Positions 6,619 through 16,500 of a stretch of 29,483 bases of DNA are shown in pieces. The notes below the pieces were generated by a model. That model searched no databases. It was not told where the DNA came from and saw nothing but the letters and a program-made list of their open reading frames with translations. The position numbers and the translations under genes are program-made. Every line of letters starts with the position of its first letter. Within the stretch, counting starts at the first letter, position 1. The stretch is from IMG/VR virus record IMGVR_UViG_3300050150_000002, positions 1 to 29,483 of that record; one strand, written 5' to 3'. Origin of the DNA: a virus (lineage: Duplodnaviria; Caudoviricetes).

Positions 6619-8475
6619 TTATGGTGTGTAAGTTGTGATCGTACCACCGCCTGCCACACTAGAAGTGCGGTAGCTAGTAGCGTATTGTTTAAGAACCCCA
6701 CCAGTGGTCGCTGCTATATCTGCTTGTGCTTGACCGCTTGCGGCGCAAGTATCAACAAACATTTCAGGTCCGGTAGTGTAAATCCCGAAAGCATTCCCAG
6801 AGTTGTCACCAGGGCCAACATCAACCCCGACTAGCCAGCTCTTACCTGTACCCGTGTCAACGATTTCAGGCCCGTAGTTACGAGCGTACAGACCATTGAC
6901 CCGAATGATGTAACTGTTAAGGTGAACGCTACTACCATTACTGGTATTTGGCGCAGAGGTAACGGTTTTAAAGTCACCTGCAAACGTCGATTTAACGTTC
7001 AGCTCAGTGGCTTTACAACCAAACCCACCAGCATCCGTGTAATGAAGATTGTCTCCACGATTTCGGTGAAACCACGTATCTTCAAAATACGTGTTTGCCC
7101 CGAGCGCGTCCAACCCGTGAGTATACGAATACGACACAGTTGGTTGAGCCAACCGACCACGGAAGAACATGCTAGCTTGAAGGGCCCCTGAATTAACAGG
7201 CTGCAGGTAAGTCCCACTGATTCGCCAATCTCCATCGAAAGCGAGCTTAGTTCCCAGGGCCATGATCTTGCTAGTAGCATCTCCAGTGACAACCCGTAGT
7301 CTGGCTTTAACACCAGCAGAGTTAACGTTTGCCGCCGCGATTAGGCGAACATACAGCTTGTTAGCCCCAGCGTCGTGGAACCATCCTTCACCAGGGGTGT
7401 TGACGTTAGCCACACTACTGTACTGCGTAAGAGGGAAGGCCTGATCGTAGTCGTCCCGTCGCCCACTATCGGTGACAGCGAGCACAGCTGGATTTCCAGG
7501 AGTAAGGGGCATCCAGTAGACTGATCCGTAAACTCCGTCTGGAGTCCATGTTGCAGTAGTCGGGTCATCCGCAGGTGGTGCTATCGTGCATACGCCCATA
7601 GCACGAAGAATCTTCAACTTCGCCCCTGGAACGTCGGTGTCCCGGAACTCAAACGGTGCGTATGCGCCAGGCATACAGTAGATGTTGCTTGGTGCTGCAG
7701 AACGTACAGCGTAAGATAGAGTCTTATACGGCGCTGCTAGAGTGCCCGAAGCTGCATCGCTACCATTTACAGGATCGACCCAAATTTCACCAGAACCGAT
7801 TAGTGCTGAATGGACCCGCATAGCGTAAGATATAACGTCCTCACTGTACGTAGCCTGTCCAGGAGCTAGACAGATTTTAGGTACGATACCAGCCCAGGAA
7901 AAACCAGATGGAATATCACGAAGTTTGCTAGTCAATCTGAGTGCCTCACTTGATGCGGTTACAGCGACGTCCCTAGCTGCAGTGGTTATGTCTCTGGCTG
8001 CTACTACAGTAGCAATAGCATTAGTGGCAGTCAACGCACTCGCCGCAGCGGCACCAGCACTAGCCGATGCCGCAACCGCAGCATCTTGAATATCCCCAAG
8101 GGTAACTAGCCCGGCCTGGTCAATAGCTTCAGTAGTAGTGAAAACACTCTGCTTTGCTACCGTATCTAGACTGGATTCAGAAATGCTACTCCCATCTTGA
8201 AAGTCAACGAATGGAAGGCCACCATTAGACGTGTCACGGTAGACACTCAACTCGTACCCAGAAGGAACGGCGGGAGTAAACCGTAGTTTGTATGGCCCAA
8301 TGAAGTTAGCCCCCGCGACCACAAGGTCTGTGCGTACTCCAGCTGGGCTCTTGTAGAAAGCCTTAACCGTGTCTTGCGTGAGATAACCACCGGTAAAAGA
8401 AAAATCCCATATCTCAGTAGTGCCGTCAGCAAGCCACGTCGTTACTGAGGGCTTAATACTGATTAGTGTAATCAT
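6619..8475 (-). CDS. Tail fibre/tailspike with T7 gp17-like N-terminal anchor and beta-helical receptor-binding domain
   Basis: N-terminus 'ADGTTEIWDFSFTGGYL...VYRDT...FVDFQDGSSISESSLD...KQSVF' is the tail-anchoring domain. It is followed by an Ala-rich coil, then 'IWVDPVNGSDAASGTLAAPYKTL' (DUF1565/pectate-lyase-like entry) and beta-helix rungs. Confidence 0.92.
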   Translation of the reverse strand: MITLISIKPSVTTWLADGTTEIWDFSFTGGYLTQDTVKAFYKSPAGVRTDLVVAGANFIGPYKLRFTPAVPSGYELSVYRDTSNGGLPFVDFQDGSSISESSLDTVAKQSVFTTTEAIDQAGLVTLGDIQDAAVAASASAGAAAASALTATNAIATVVAARDITTAARDVAVTASSEALRLTSKLRDIPSGFSWAGIVPKICLAPGQATYSEDVISYAMRVHSALIGSGEIWVDPVNGSDAASGTLAAPYKTLSYAVRSAAPSNIYCMPGAYAPFEFRDTDVPGAKLKILRAMGVCTIAPPADDPTTATWTPDGVYGSVYWMPLTPGNPAVLAVTDSGRRDDYDQAFPLTQYSSVANVNTPGEGWFHDAGANKLYVRLIAAANVNSAGVKARLRVVTGDATSKIMALGTKLAFDGDWRISGTYLQPVNSGALQASMFFRGRLAQPTVSYSYTHGLDALGANTYFEDTWFHRNRGDNLHYTDAGGFGCKATELNVKSTFAGDFKTVTSAPNTSNGSSVHLNSYIIRVNGLYARNYGPEIVDTGTGKSWLVGVDVGPGDNSGNAFGIYTTGPEMFVDTCAASGQAQADIAATTGGVLKQYATSYRTSSVAGGGTITTYTP

Positions 8476-8492
8476 GTGGTGTTCCTATGTAT

Positions 8493-8516
8493 GCCCGCCC
8501 CATTTCTGAGGCGGGC
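8493..8516 (-). promoter_or_regulatory. 5' leader stem-loop with GAAA tetraloop
   Basis: Minus-strand RNA GCCCGCCUCA-GAAA-UGGGGCGGGC forms 10 bp with one G-U pair. It starts at the last G of the promoter motif and has no U-tract. Confidence 0.65.
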
Positions 8517-8541
8517 TGTTATACCGGTACTGGATCAGTTA
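8516..8541 (-). promoter_or_regulatory. Putative phage RNA polymerase promoter (copy 3, upstream of tail fibre)
   Basis: TAACTGATCCAGTACCGGTATAACAG, identical over 26 nt to the copy at 24205-24230. Confidence 0.85.
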
Positions 8542-11500
8542 CCCATTAAGTTGAGCACCGGCGCCAACATTGGTAATTTTGCAAACGGGCCATTCTTCAG
8601 AAGCTCATGAACGTCTGTGCCATCCTTGTTATTCTGCACAGCTGCCCACAAATCATCAGCTAGCCCAGCTGCCGGGGCTACGATGTTGCCTACAAACTTA
8701 GTAGTTCCGCCAGACCTACCGCCAGTAGCCTCAGCCATGCCACTGACTGAAGCAAAAGCATCTAGGAACTCTCCGGCAAGCCCGGAAGCTGCAACGTAGT
8801 TTAGTGTAGCCCTAGCAATTTTAGATGCAGACAATTGCTTTTCAAGCCAAGCTTCTTGGTCGTCTTTTCCTATGCTATAAACTGCTTGTCTCGCCATGTA
8901 CACCGGGGCAGCGATAGACATAGAACCCATCAACATACCGACAGCCGAGGCAAGTCCGTAGTTGTTGCGATTGCGTGCCCACTGCTTCTCCACAGACGTA
9001 ATAGAGAACGTTCGGAACTGAGTCAACAGTCTGAGCCATCCGCTATGAGCCCACTTTCCAGTCTCACCAATAAAGGTTCCTTGGATGATCTGACCAGCCC
9101 CACGGTGAACCGCTTGCACGAACGCTGCCGCAGCTTCCTTGTCGGTCGCCTTGGTGATATCGAACTTGCTAAGATTACCAGCGCTATCGAACGTAGCAAT
9201 GTTGTGTAGGTCTGCTTGCAGCTTGGCCGCCAGTGCGCTGTCGATACCCATGTCCGCTAGGGCCTTGTCAGTCCCGCCGTCACGAAGGAACTTGCTAGCC
9301 TTGTGGACAATCTGTTCAGCGACCCCACGAGTCTGAGCGCCGTGAATAGCGCGCCAGAACGAGAGCTTACCTTGAGCGTGACTACCACCCCTCAGCAACC
9401 GGTCAGCCAGGGTCACAGTGTCGTGACCGTTGACTTGGTATTGCAGGCTTGGGTTGTCAAACGGGAACACCATTTTGTATGCGTCGGTGCCAAATTCAGC
9501 TCCTCCGTGCACTTCCAAGCTACCGATGATAGGGTTAGGAACCTTCTCACCGCGAGCCAGGGCCGCAGCCTCAGCACGCAACCTCGGCAGTGAGCTAACT
9601 GCGCTCATGGCCTTGCCGGCGCCCAGGTGGGTAGCAGCATTTATGTACTCAGCGAACTGTGTAAAGCCCATGCCCCCAAGCCTAGCCAAGCTATTCGCTT
9701 GCATAGCCCGGTTCATCCACTTGCCACCGTAGTCCCCGAACGGCTGATTAAGCATCTCTGCTGCCACCTGATCGAAAGCCTGGACTTCATGCGGTTGGGC
9801 CTTACCTACGTCCTCACCAAAGTCAGACATGGCCCGACGCAGCAGCTTCATGCCCGCCATACCCATCACACCGTGCTGAGCCAGCGCGGTCTCGCCACTA
9901 ACCCGGCCAGCCTGATTGCGCAGCAGCGTAAGCTGGTCTGTCTCGAACAAGTCCATCAGTGTGAACGCTCGGCCGTTGTCGTCCAGTTGCTGGTTCAGGT
10001 CCAAGCGCAAACGCTGCTTGGTATGCCCAGCCCCACCGCGCATGAACTTAGCCATCTGCGCCTGCACTTCTGGCTGGCTCAAGCCAGTAGCCTCTAGCGC
10101 ATCCTTGACTACATCAGCAGCACCAACTTGGTGTACGTTGCCTGGAACGTCATGCCCACCCATAGCCCGGACCTTAGCTCGGTCGATGTACTTGGCAGCT
10201 AGGTTAGCCGAGAAGCTAATGTCCCAGCCCTCGACCCCAACGAACTGGTCAACAAGCGCCGAGTGGAAAGCGCGATGCTCACCGTTGGTCATGTTGCGGA
10301 CCTTCTCGCCACTAAGCCTGTGTGGCATGTAACCCTTCGACGACGATGGCAGGGCAGCCCAACCAATAGTCTTCTTGTCGATCTGGTCAATTCGCATACG
10401 CTCATATGCCTTCTCAACCACATCGGCTGCGCCCTTGACCGCAGGACCAGACGTGTTAGCTGCACCAGTACGGCGGGCTTCCATTTCCTCGGCAACTGCA
10501 CGATTGAAGTTAGCCCAATGCTCACCCCCAACGTAGTCGTTCCAGATACCGCCTCCCTTGGCGTTACGGTAAGCCTTGTAGTGGTCCTGGAACTCGTTGA
10601 TCGAATTGCCCATGTACTTACGCTCAGCAAGGTACTTGCCAAGCGCAGCCGTAGACCTACGACCACCAGCGCCGGTTGTGCTCTCCAGCATTTCAGCAGC
10701 CACCATGCGGGCAACCGGGTTCTTGGACCTCAGCATGTGCAGACCAGTCGAGCCCAGCGCATGTGACTTAGCCGTAAGGGTGTCAATCCACTTCGGGTCG
10801 ATGTTATTCCACGGCGCCGTTGCATCGCCAGCCTTAGCGTACAGAGCCACTAGCGCCTTCTGCTCTGCACGCTCAGCCGGCGTAGATACAGGCAGCAGGT
10901 CCAGCCCGTACTTCATGGCTGTCGCAGTCTGTGTTGGATCCAGGGACTGTGCCCGCTCAAGTGCAATGTCAACCTTGGGATCACGGTTAGGGTTAAGGCC
11001 CTGTGCTGCCCGCTTCTCCTTGGTGCCGACTGCTCTGGCCTGCTTGCGAGCGAACTCGAAGAAGTCCTGGAATGACGCATCAGCATTTAGGTAACCAGAC
11101 TCCTTAGCCTTAGTGAACAAGCTAGTGAACTTAGTCCACAAGTCCTTTACCCACGCCGACAACTCGGGAGGGATAATCGCAGGCTTCCAAGAGTTCTCCC
11201 CACGGATGGTGGTTTCCATCCACTTAGTAAACTGCTCTGCCGACATTTCATCGAAGTTGCCCCAATACCGCTTAGCCTCCTTCGTCTTAGTCGGGGTAAT
11301 AGGATTACCTTTGTAGTCCACTGCCCGTGCTAGCACATCAAAGAACGATGCGTCATGCTTGTCCATAGGGTTAGACAGGGTGGCCGCCCTGTTCGGGAGG
11401 CTGCGCTCAAGCGCAACACCGAAGCGGTCAGGCATACCCTCAATCTTAGCGGGTGGTGCTTCCTGCCCGATATAACGGGTAAGCCACTTCTCATGGAACG

Positions 11501-13385
11501 CAGCCATTGCGTCCTTGACCTTCTGTGGTGCGTTATCGAAGTGTCGCACCAATACAGCATGCCCAAGCTCATGGATGATCGTACCAGTTTCCGCACCCGG
11601 GCGAATACGAATAATCGCTGCCTCGTGAGGCAACCTTAGGTAGTCACCATTGGCACCGCCAGCCCCATCCTCTCGGAAGTACAGCTTAACGTCAGGCAAC
11701 AGCTTTTCATGCACCCAGTTAACGATCTTCTTGTTAGCCTCTGACACACCTGAATGGAAGTACGTTCCGGGTTTAGCCGCCTTCAAGTCGTCAATGCTCT
11801 GACCCCAAAGGGACGACGACATAGAGGCCCAGTTAGAACCCCTACTCTGCTCAACTACAACCTCGTTGGTTAGCTTGTGCCAACTGTTGAGTTCACCTGG
11901 CTTAACGTCAAGCTCGGAAATAGAACCAGCACCTTCCTTAACCTGAGCTGCCTGCACCAGTTCCTCGTCAGCTTGAAGTTTCTCCATGTCGGGCAGGAGT
12001 CTGCGGCCCTCAGGCAGAGAGCCACCCGTGACGCCCGACGCCTTAACGTGGGCAACCTCAAGCCTGGTGATCTCCTGCGCAATCTCGTCCGTCGTCGCGC
12101 CGGCCCCCAGGTTCTTGACAGCCTTGGCAGCCATCTCAGCCTGCATGTTAGCCGCGTCTTCAGCGATGCGCATAGCCAGTGCAGCCTGCCGCGCCTTGCT
12201 GGCTTCGGTAGCCACCCCGCGTGCTTGCAGTCCAGTGAACAGCCCACCGACAGCCCCGGCCACAGCGTAGTCAAAGATACTCATGCGACCGCCAATCGCA
12301 TCCTCTACAGCCGTCATGGCGAGGTTGCCACCGACGTTCTCAAGCACGCTCAAGCCGATAGCGCGGCCGGTATTGCCGGCTTGCATGGCAGCGTGTGATC
12401 CCAGCCCAGCGACTGCTAGGGTCTTGGCTACGCCCACGCCAGTGATCACACCCTCAGGGAAGCCAGCCACGATACCAGCAGCCGCAGCATACCACCCACC
12501 CTTGAGACCAGCCACGCGCATATCCTCGCGCTCCTGGGCTACTTCCCACTTGTAGCGATCGAACTCGGGCAGGCTTTTAGCCTCACGCATGAACGATTGT
12601 TCATCCTCGGTGAACCCGACCAGCTTATCCTCAGGAGGCACGAAGCCCGGGGTGGGCTCATACTCGGGGCGGATAGCTCGCTTGAGCACAGAGCTTGCAA
12701 TACCCTGCTGCCAGAACATAGCCTGTGCGGCCGTGGTTAGGTTCAGGTTATCGATCTCTGTTTGCTTGGCTACTGACTCTGCTCCTGTTGCAGCGAATCC
12801 CTTGCTAAGGTCTGCCGTCTGCGGATCAATTTGGAGACCAGCTAGAAAGCCTGTAGTAGCGCTTATCCCTCCCATCACAGTCTTAGGAGTGCGGTCTTGC
12901 ATCCAAGGCATCGCGGTAGATGCGTCAGTATGCAGCGGCAACTCAGCGGCAGTAGCAGCAGGTGCGTCTACCGTAGCGTTACCTACTTCCTTACCGTTAA
13001 GCACACGGGCAGCGTAGGCTGCGTTCTCACCACGCGGGTCTTTCTGGTTACGCCAGTTCGGACCGTTGTTGTAAGCCCGCAGTGCTGACACCACGTTCCC
13101 ACCCTCACGGGTAAGGTCTTCCTTCAAGTGATGCGCTGCGATAAAGAGCGAGTCCGCGAAGTCGTTAGGGTTAACGGTAACCCCGAGCTTCTTCTCGAAC
13201 AGCGCCCGAGTCTTAGGCATCAATCCAAAGTGGCCCTCGGCGCCAGCAGGCGAACGCATAAGCGTACCCCGCGCCGACTCCGCATTCCACATACCGTCCA
13301 ACACCGAAGCGTCTACGCCGGCGAACTTCGCAGCGGCCCCAAGGGCCTCCTGCGGTGACAACTTCTTTAGGTCTTCGATGTTCAT
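8535..13385 (-). CDS. Internal virion (ejection) protein, T7 gp16-like, with N-terminal lytic transglycosylase and internal HExxH domain
   Basis: 1616 aa, last of three core genes before the tail fibre. SLT motifs 'AES', 'AEGHFGLMPKT' and 'ALRAYNNG' at the N-terminus; 'IIHELGHAV' internally; C-terminal 'LLTQFRTFSITSVEKQW'. Confidence 0.92.
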   Translation of the reverse strand: MNIEDLKKLSPQEALGAAAKFAGVDASVLDGMWNAESARGTLMRSPAGAEGHFGLMPKTRALFEKKLGVTVNPNDFADSLFIAAHHLKEDLTREGGNVVSALRAYNNGPNWRNQKDPRGENAAYAARVLNGKEVGNATVDAPAATAAELPLHTDASTAMPWMQDRTPKTVMGGISATTGFLAGLQIDPQTADLSKGFAATGAESVAKQTEIDNLNLTTAAQAMFWQQGIASSVLKRAIRPEYEPTPGFVPPEDKLVGFTEDEQSFMREAKSLPEFDRYKWEVAQEREDMRVAGLKGGWYAAAAGIVAGFPEGVITGVGVAKTLAVAGLGSHAAMQAGNTGRAIGLSVLENVGGNLAMTAVEDAIGGRMSIFDYAVAGAVGGLFTGLQARGVATEASKARQAALAMRIAEDAANMQAEMAAKAVKNLGAGATTDEIAQEITRLEVAHVKASGVTGGSLPEGRRLLPDMEKLQADEELVQAAQVKEGAGSISELDVKPGELNSWHKLTNEVVVEQSRGSNWASMSSSLWGQSIDDLKAAKPGTYFHSGVSEANKKIVNWVHEKLLPDVKLYFREDGAGGANGDYLRLPHEAAIIRIRPGAETGTIIHELGHAVLVRHFDNAPQKVKDAMAAFHEKWLTRYIGQEAPPAKIEGMPDRFGVALERSLPNRAATLSNPMDKHDASFFDVLARAVDYKGNPITPTKTKEAKRYWGNFDEMSAEQFTKWMETTIRGENSWKPAIIPPELSAWVKDLWTKFTSLFTKAKESGYLNADASFQDFFEFARKQARAVGTKEKRAAQGLNPNRDPKVDIALERAQSLDPTQTATAMKYGLDLLPVSTPAERAEQKALVALYAKAGDATAPWNNIDPKWIDTLTAKSHALGSTGLHMLRSKNPVARMVAAEMLESTTGAGGRRSTAALGKYLAERKYMGNSINEFQDHYKAYRNAKGGGIWNDYVGGEHWANFNRAVAEEMEARRTGAANTSGPAVKGAADVVEKAYERMRIDQIDKKTIGWAALPSSSKGYMPHRLSGEKVRNMTNGEHRAFHSALVDQFVGVEGWDISFSANLAAKYIDRAKVRAMGGHDVPGNVHQVGAADVVKDALEATGLSQPEVQAQMAKFMRGGAGHTKQRLRLDLNQQLDDNGRAFTLMDLFETDQLTLLRNQAGRVSGETALAQHGVMGMAGMKLLRRAMSDFGEDVGKAQPHEVQAFDQVAAEMLNQPFGDYGGKWMNRAMQANSLARLGGMGFTQFAEYINAATHLGAGKAMSAVSSLPRLRAEAAALARGEKVPNPIIGSLEVHGGAEFGTDAYKMVFPFDNPSLQYQVNGHDTVTLADRLLRGGSHAQGKLSFWRAIHGAQTRGVAEQIVHKASKFLRDGGTDKALADMGIDSALAAKLQADLHNIATFDSAGNLSKFDITKATDKEAAAAFVQAVHRGAGQIIQGTFIGETGKWAHSGWLRLLTQFRTFSITSVEKQWARNRNNYGLASAVGMLMGSMSIAAPVYMARQAVYSIGKDDQEAWLEKQLSASKIARATLNYVAASGLAGEFLDAFASVSGMAEATGGRSGGTTKFVGNIVAPAAGLADDLWAAVQNNKDGTDVHELLKNGPFAKLPMLAPVLNLMGN

Positions 13386-13388
13386 CGA

Positions 13389-15713
13389 TTACTTTCTCTT
13401 AGATTGATTGAACTTGCGCCAAGCTTCCTCACCTGCGTAGATGCTGGGGACGCCAGCTTCAGGCGTAGCCACTGAGCTAGGGCCACCGAAGGCCCAGCGC
13501 CGTTGGCTGGCTTCATGCTTAGCTTTAGACCGCTCCATCATCTTCTCGGCGAGGGCATTGTAGTCCAGCGTCACAAGCTTGCTGACTCCGTCCTTGTAGC
13601 CCACAGCTAGCAACTGTTCGCCATTGCGGCGCACTGTCACCTTGTCCATGCCGCCTACCTTGTCGATGGCCTCATCCATTATGTCGCCGAAGATTTCAGC
13701 GGACTCAGCGGCAGCAGGCAGCGCCCACTTCCCGTTAAGCCTAGTCTGCATATCCTGTAGGAACCCCGGGCCCTTGTCATGCCAAGCATACCCACCGACG
13801 ATCTGGAGCCCCCGCTGCGGTGCGATCTGGAGTGCAACCTTCAGCGCATCCTCTGGCATAGCAGTCACGTTCATGACCTGCACCGTGTCGTGGATCTCAC
13901 TGGCAATGAACTCGGCCGTGCCAGGACGCAGCTTGTTCACACCAGTAGCCCACTCAGGACGCCACCATTGGTTCTGGCTCTTGGTCACCGTGGTGATAAG
14001 ATCGGTCAGGTCAACCTTGTCGATCTTCCCGCGACTACCGCCAGCATCTGGGCCAAACGTGCCAGCGAAGGCTGCTACCAGGTTAGGCCCAGGCTTTTGC
14101 ACATCGATAGGCCCCGGCTGAATCAGGTTGAACTTGGCGAACTTAGCGTGGTCATCCTTGAAGTACGCAGCAGCAGCGATGGGGTTGCCCTCATTTAGCT
14201 TACGCCACGTTTCATAGGTCGCCACAAACGACGGGGTCATAGCCCCGCCGGCCACCGAGTTAGCCACCATCCCGCCAAGCATGTCTTGCACCGGCTTGTT
14301 GACGTAACCACCGATAGCACCGCGCACCATAGGAGCAAAGTCCTCGGCCTTAGCGGTCAGAGAGTTGTTGATGACTTGCAAAAACCTCGGAGTGATGTAC
14401 TGGTTAACCTCGTCGCTGGTGATCTTGGTCAGGGCAGTCAGGCTACTCAGCGTCCCATTAGCTAGGGCCTGCGAAATAGCTGACTCGCTCATCTGAGCAA
14501 CCAGTGCCTTGTCCCGAGTCTTAGCCGCTTCCTTGGTTGCAGCTTCGTGCTCACGCATCTGCACATGAAGCGCAGTGTCAACAGCGTTGGTGGTCGTGGC
14601 CCCAGCAGAGGCGATAGCTTCTGCACTGAAGTACGGAGTCCTGCTACCAGTGCTCTTCTTGAACGTGTCGTTGAACTCGTTAAGGGCTAGCACCGTGTAC
14701 TCACCCTTCCATCCAGTAGTTGGGTTATGGGCGATGTTCTTAAGCGCCAGCAACTCGTCGTATCGTTGCGCCCCATACTGAGCCCGGTGCTGCAACTCGT
14801 TAGTCTCTCGGCTGCGTATAACTGCGGACTTCTGCGCAGGGTCGAGCAGATCAAACAAGCCGATCTTTTCCATAGCGTTGAGCGCATGGAAGTTGCCCTT
14901 CTCAGCCAGCAACATAGCGTCACGGGCACGCTGCTGCTTGACGTTCTCAGGGTCACGTCCCTTGGCGGGCACGGCTAGCATGGCGTTTGCGGCCAGTTGC
15001 TCGTCGTAGTCTGCCTGGGTGATCTTACCATCAGCAAGCTGTTGGCCTGCCATCTGCAAACGGTCAGCACCAGCATGGATAGCCTCTGACTCTGAGCGCG
15101 TGGCCTCACTCTGCATGAAGGCGTAATGCTCCGAGGCGTGGCGCTTCATCACAGCCGGCATACTGCGCTGCAATGCACTGATGATGGCGTTGTCAGTAGC
15201 AGCATGGCCAGTCATTGCAGCCTGCACAGACTTTGTGAAGAACTCATTAGCCCCAGCCGAGTCCATCCTGCGTAGATTCGGCATGTCGCTCTCGATGCTA
15301 AGAAGAGTACGTTGCACAGATGCTTCCGTACTATAAGCACGGGCGCCCTCTACAGCGTCACTCTCCCCAAACACCCTGGACCATGCTGGCTGGTCTCTAG
15401 CGATATCATCAACTGCTTCTCCAGTCATGGCCCGCTGAATACCAGTGACATACGCTTTAGTGCGCGCTTCTTTGATATTCTTATCCATAATCCCCTGCCC
15501 AACTTTCAACAGGAGGTCCACAGTTGGGTCGTTCTCTACCTGCACGGCGTGAGTCTGTGGCAAAGCGCCGCCACCTGAACCACCCTGTACGCCAGCGCGA
15601 ATGCGCCCACGCTGGACGCCAACATCTGACACCTTGTCAGAAGGCTTAAATCCAAAGGTTACGGTTTGCCCAAGCCCTTCAGTGGGGGCCCCAAGCGTGT
15701 TGTCATTCGGCAT
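13389..15713 (-). CDS. Internal virion protein (T7 gp15-like position)
   Basis: 774-aa Ala-rich helical protein between the gp14-like and gp16-like genes; TAATG-coupled to the upstream gene. Confidence 0.85.
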   Translation of the reverse strand: MPNDNTLGAPTEGLGQTVTFGFKPSDKVSDVGVQRGRIRAGVQGGSGGGALPQTHAVQVENDPTVDLLLKVGQGIMDKNIKEARTKAYVTGIQRAMTGEAVDDIARDQPAWSRVFGESDAVEGARAYSTEASVQRTLLSIESDMPNLRRMDSAGANEFFTKSVQAAMTGHAATDNAIISALQRSMPAVMKRHASEHYAFMQSEATRSESEAIHAGADRLQMAGQQLADGKITQADYDEQLAANAMLAVPAKGRDPENVKQQRARDAMLLAEKGNFHALNAMEKIGLFDLLDPAQKSAVIRSRETNELQHRAQYGAQRYDELLALKNIAHNPTTGWKGEYTVLALNEFNDTFKKSTGSRTPYFSAEAIASAGATTTNAVDTALHVQMREHEAATKEAAKTRDKALVAQMSESAISQALANGTLSSLTALTKITSDEVNQYITPRFLQVINNSLTAKAEDFAPMVRGAIGGYVNKPVQDMLGGMVANSVAGGAMTPSFVATYETWRKLNEGNPIAAAAYFKDDHAKFAKFNLIQPGPIDVQKPGPNLVAAFAGTFGPDAGGSRGKIDKVDLTDLITTVTKSQNQWWRPEWATGVNKLRPGTAEFIASEIHDTVQVMNVTAMPEDALKVALQIAPQRGLQIVGGYAWHDKGPGFLQDMQTRLNGKWALPAAAESAEIFGDIMDEAIDKVGGMDKVTVRRNGEQLLAVGYKDGVSKLVTLDYNALAEKMMERSKAKHEASQRRWAFGGPSSVATPEAGVPSIYAGEEAWRKFNQSKRK

Positions 15714-16495
15714 TACGTTCCAATCCTGTATGATTCTTGCGGCTTAAGGGACCAGCCAAACTTGGCGGCCCCTCCAGAGCCGCCAGTCAGCGACCCATAC
15801 TTAGGGGCCGAGTCACCCCACATGCCCGTCTCTTTGCCAAGCTTGCCGAGTTGCTGTGAGCCCCACTCAGCGACGTTGCCCACCCCTGCCTTGATAGCAG
15901 TAGTTAGCACCGAGTTGAATACTGCTTGTCCGTCACTCATGGCGTACTGCTTCTGGGCGTAGGCTTGTCCGGTGTCGATTTGATCTATGATCAAACTTCC
16001 GTCTAGACCGCCTGCCATTTGGGACATGATACTCTTGCCTCGTTGCAAGATAGCGTAGTCCATGCTTTCCCCACTCTGTAGTGCTAGCTCTTTACTTATA
16101 CTGGCTCGCAGTGAGGTGGTGCTGTTGATCATGTCTGTGACTTGACCACCAGCACCTGACGCACCCTGGCTTGCCATCGCCGCACCAAACTCTTCTAGTG
16201 TACGCACGTCGCCAAGCAACCGCTTGTTAACCTCGTTATCCTGGTTGTGCAACCCATTGACCAGATTGGCAGTGAACGCATCGCCACCGTCATCTAGAGT
16301 ACGGTTATTGTTAACCGACTGAACATAGCGGGATAGCCCGTTGCGCGCCATCTCTTCTAGATTACGCCCACGCTTTACCTGATTGGTGGCGTCTGCATTA
16401 ACCTGGCTAAGGTGGTTGTTAATCTCAGCCATTGCGCCCTTGCCTTGATTACCAAGCCAACCTTGGATGCCCGCAGCAACGAACCTTTCCAACAT
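15713..16495 (-). CDS. Internal virion protein (T7 gp14-like position)
   Basis: 260 aa, Gly/Ala/Gln-rich with 'AAMASQGASGAGGQ'; directly follows tail tubular protein B. Confidence 0.8.
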   Translation of the reverse strand: MLERFVAAGIQGWLGNQGKGAMAEINNHLSQVNADATNQVKRGRNLEEMARNGLSRYVQSVNNNRTLDDGGDAFTANLVNGLHNQDNEVNKRLLGDVRTLEEFGAAMASQGASGAGGQVTDMINSTTSLRASISKELALQSGESMDYAILQRGKSIMSQMAGGLDGSLIIDQIDTGQAYAQKQYAMSDGQAVFNSVLTTAIKAGVGNVAEWGSQQLGKLGKETGMWGDSAPKYGSLTGGSGGAAKFGWSLKPQESYRIGT

Positions 16496-16500
16496 AATGT

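Noticed and set aside
8493-8516. Intrinsic terminator after the gp16-like gene
   Set aside because: No U-tract on either side, and it lies immediately downstream of a promoter copy.
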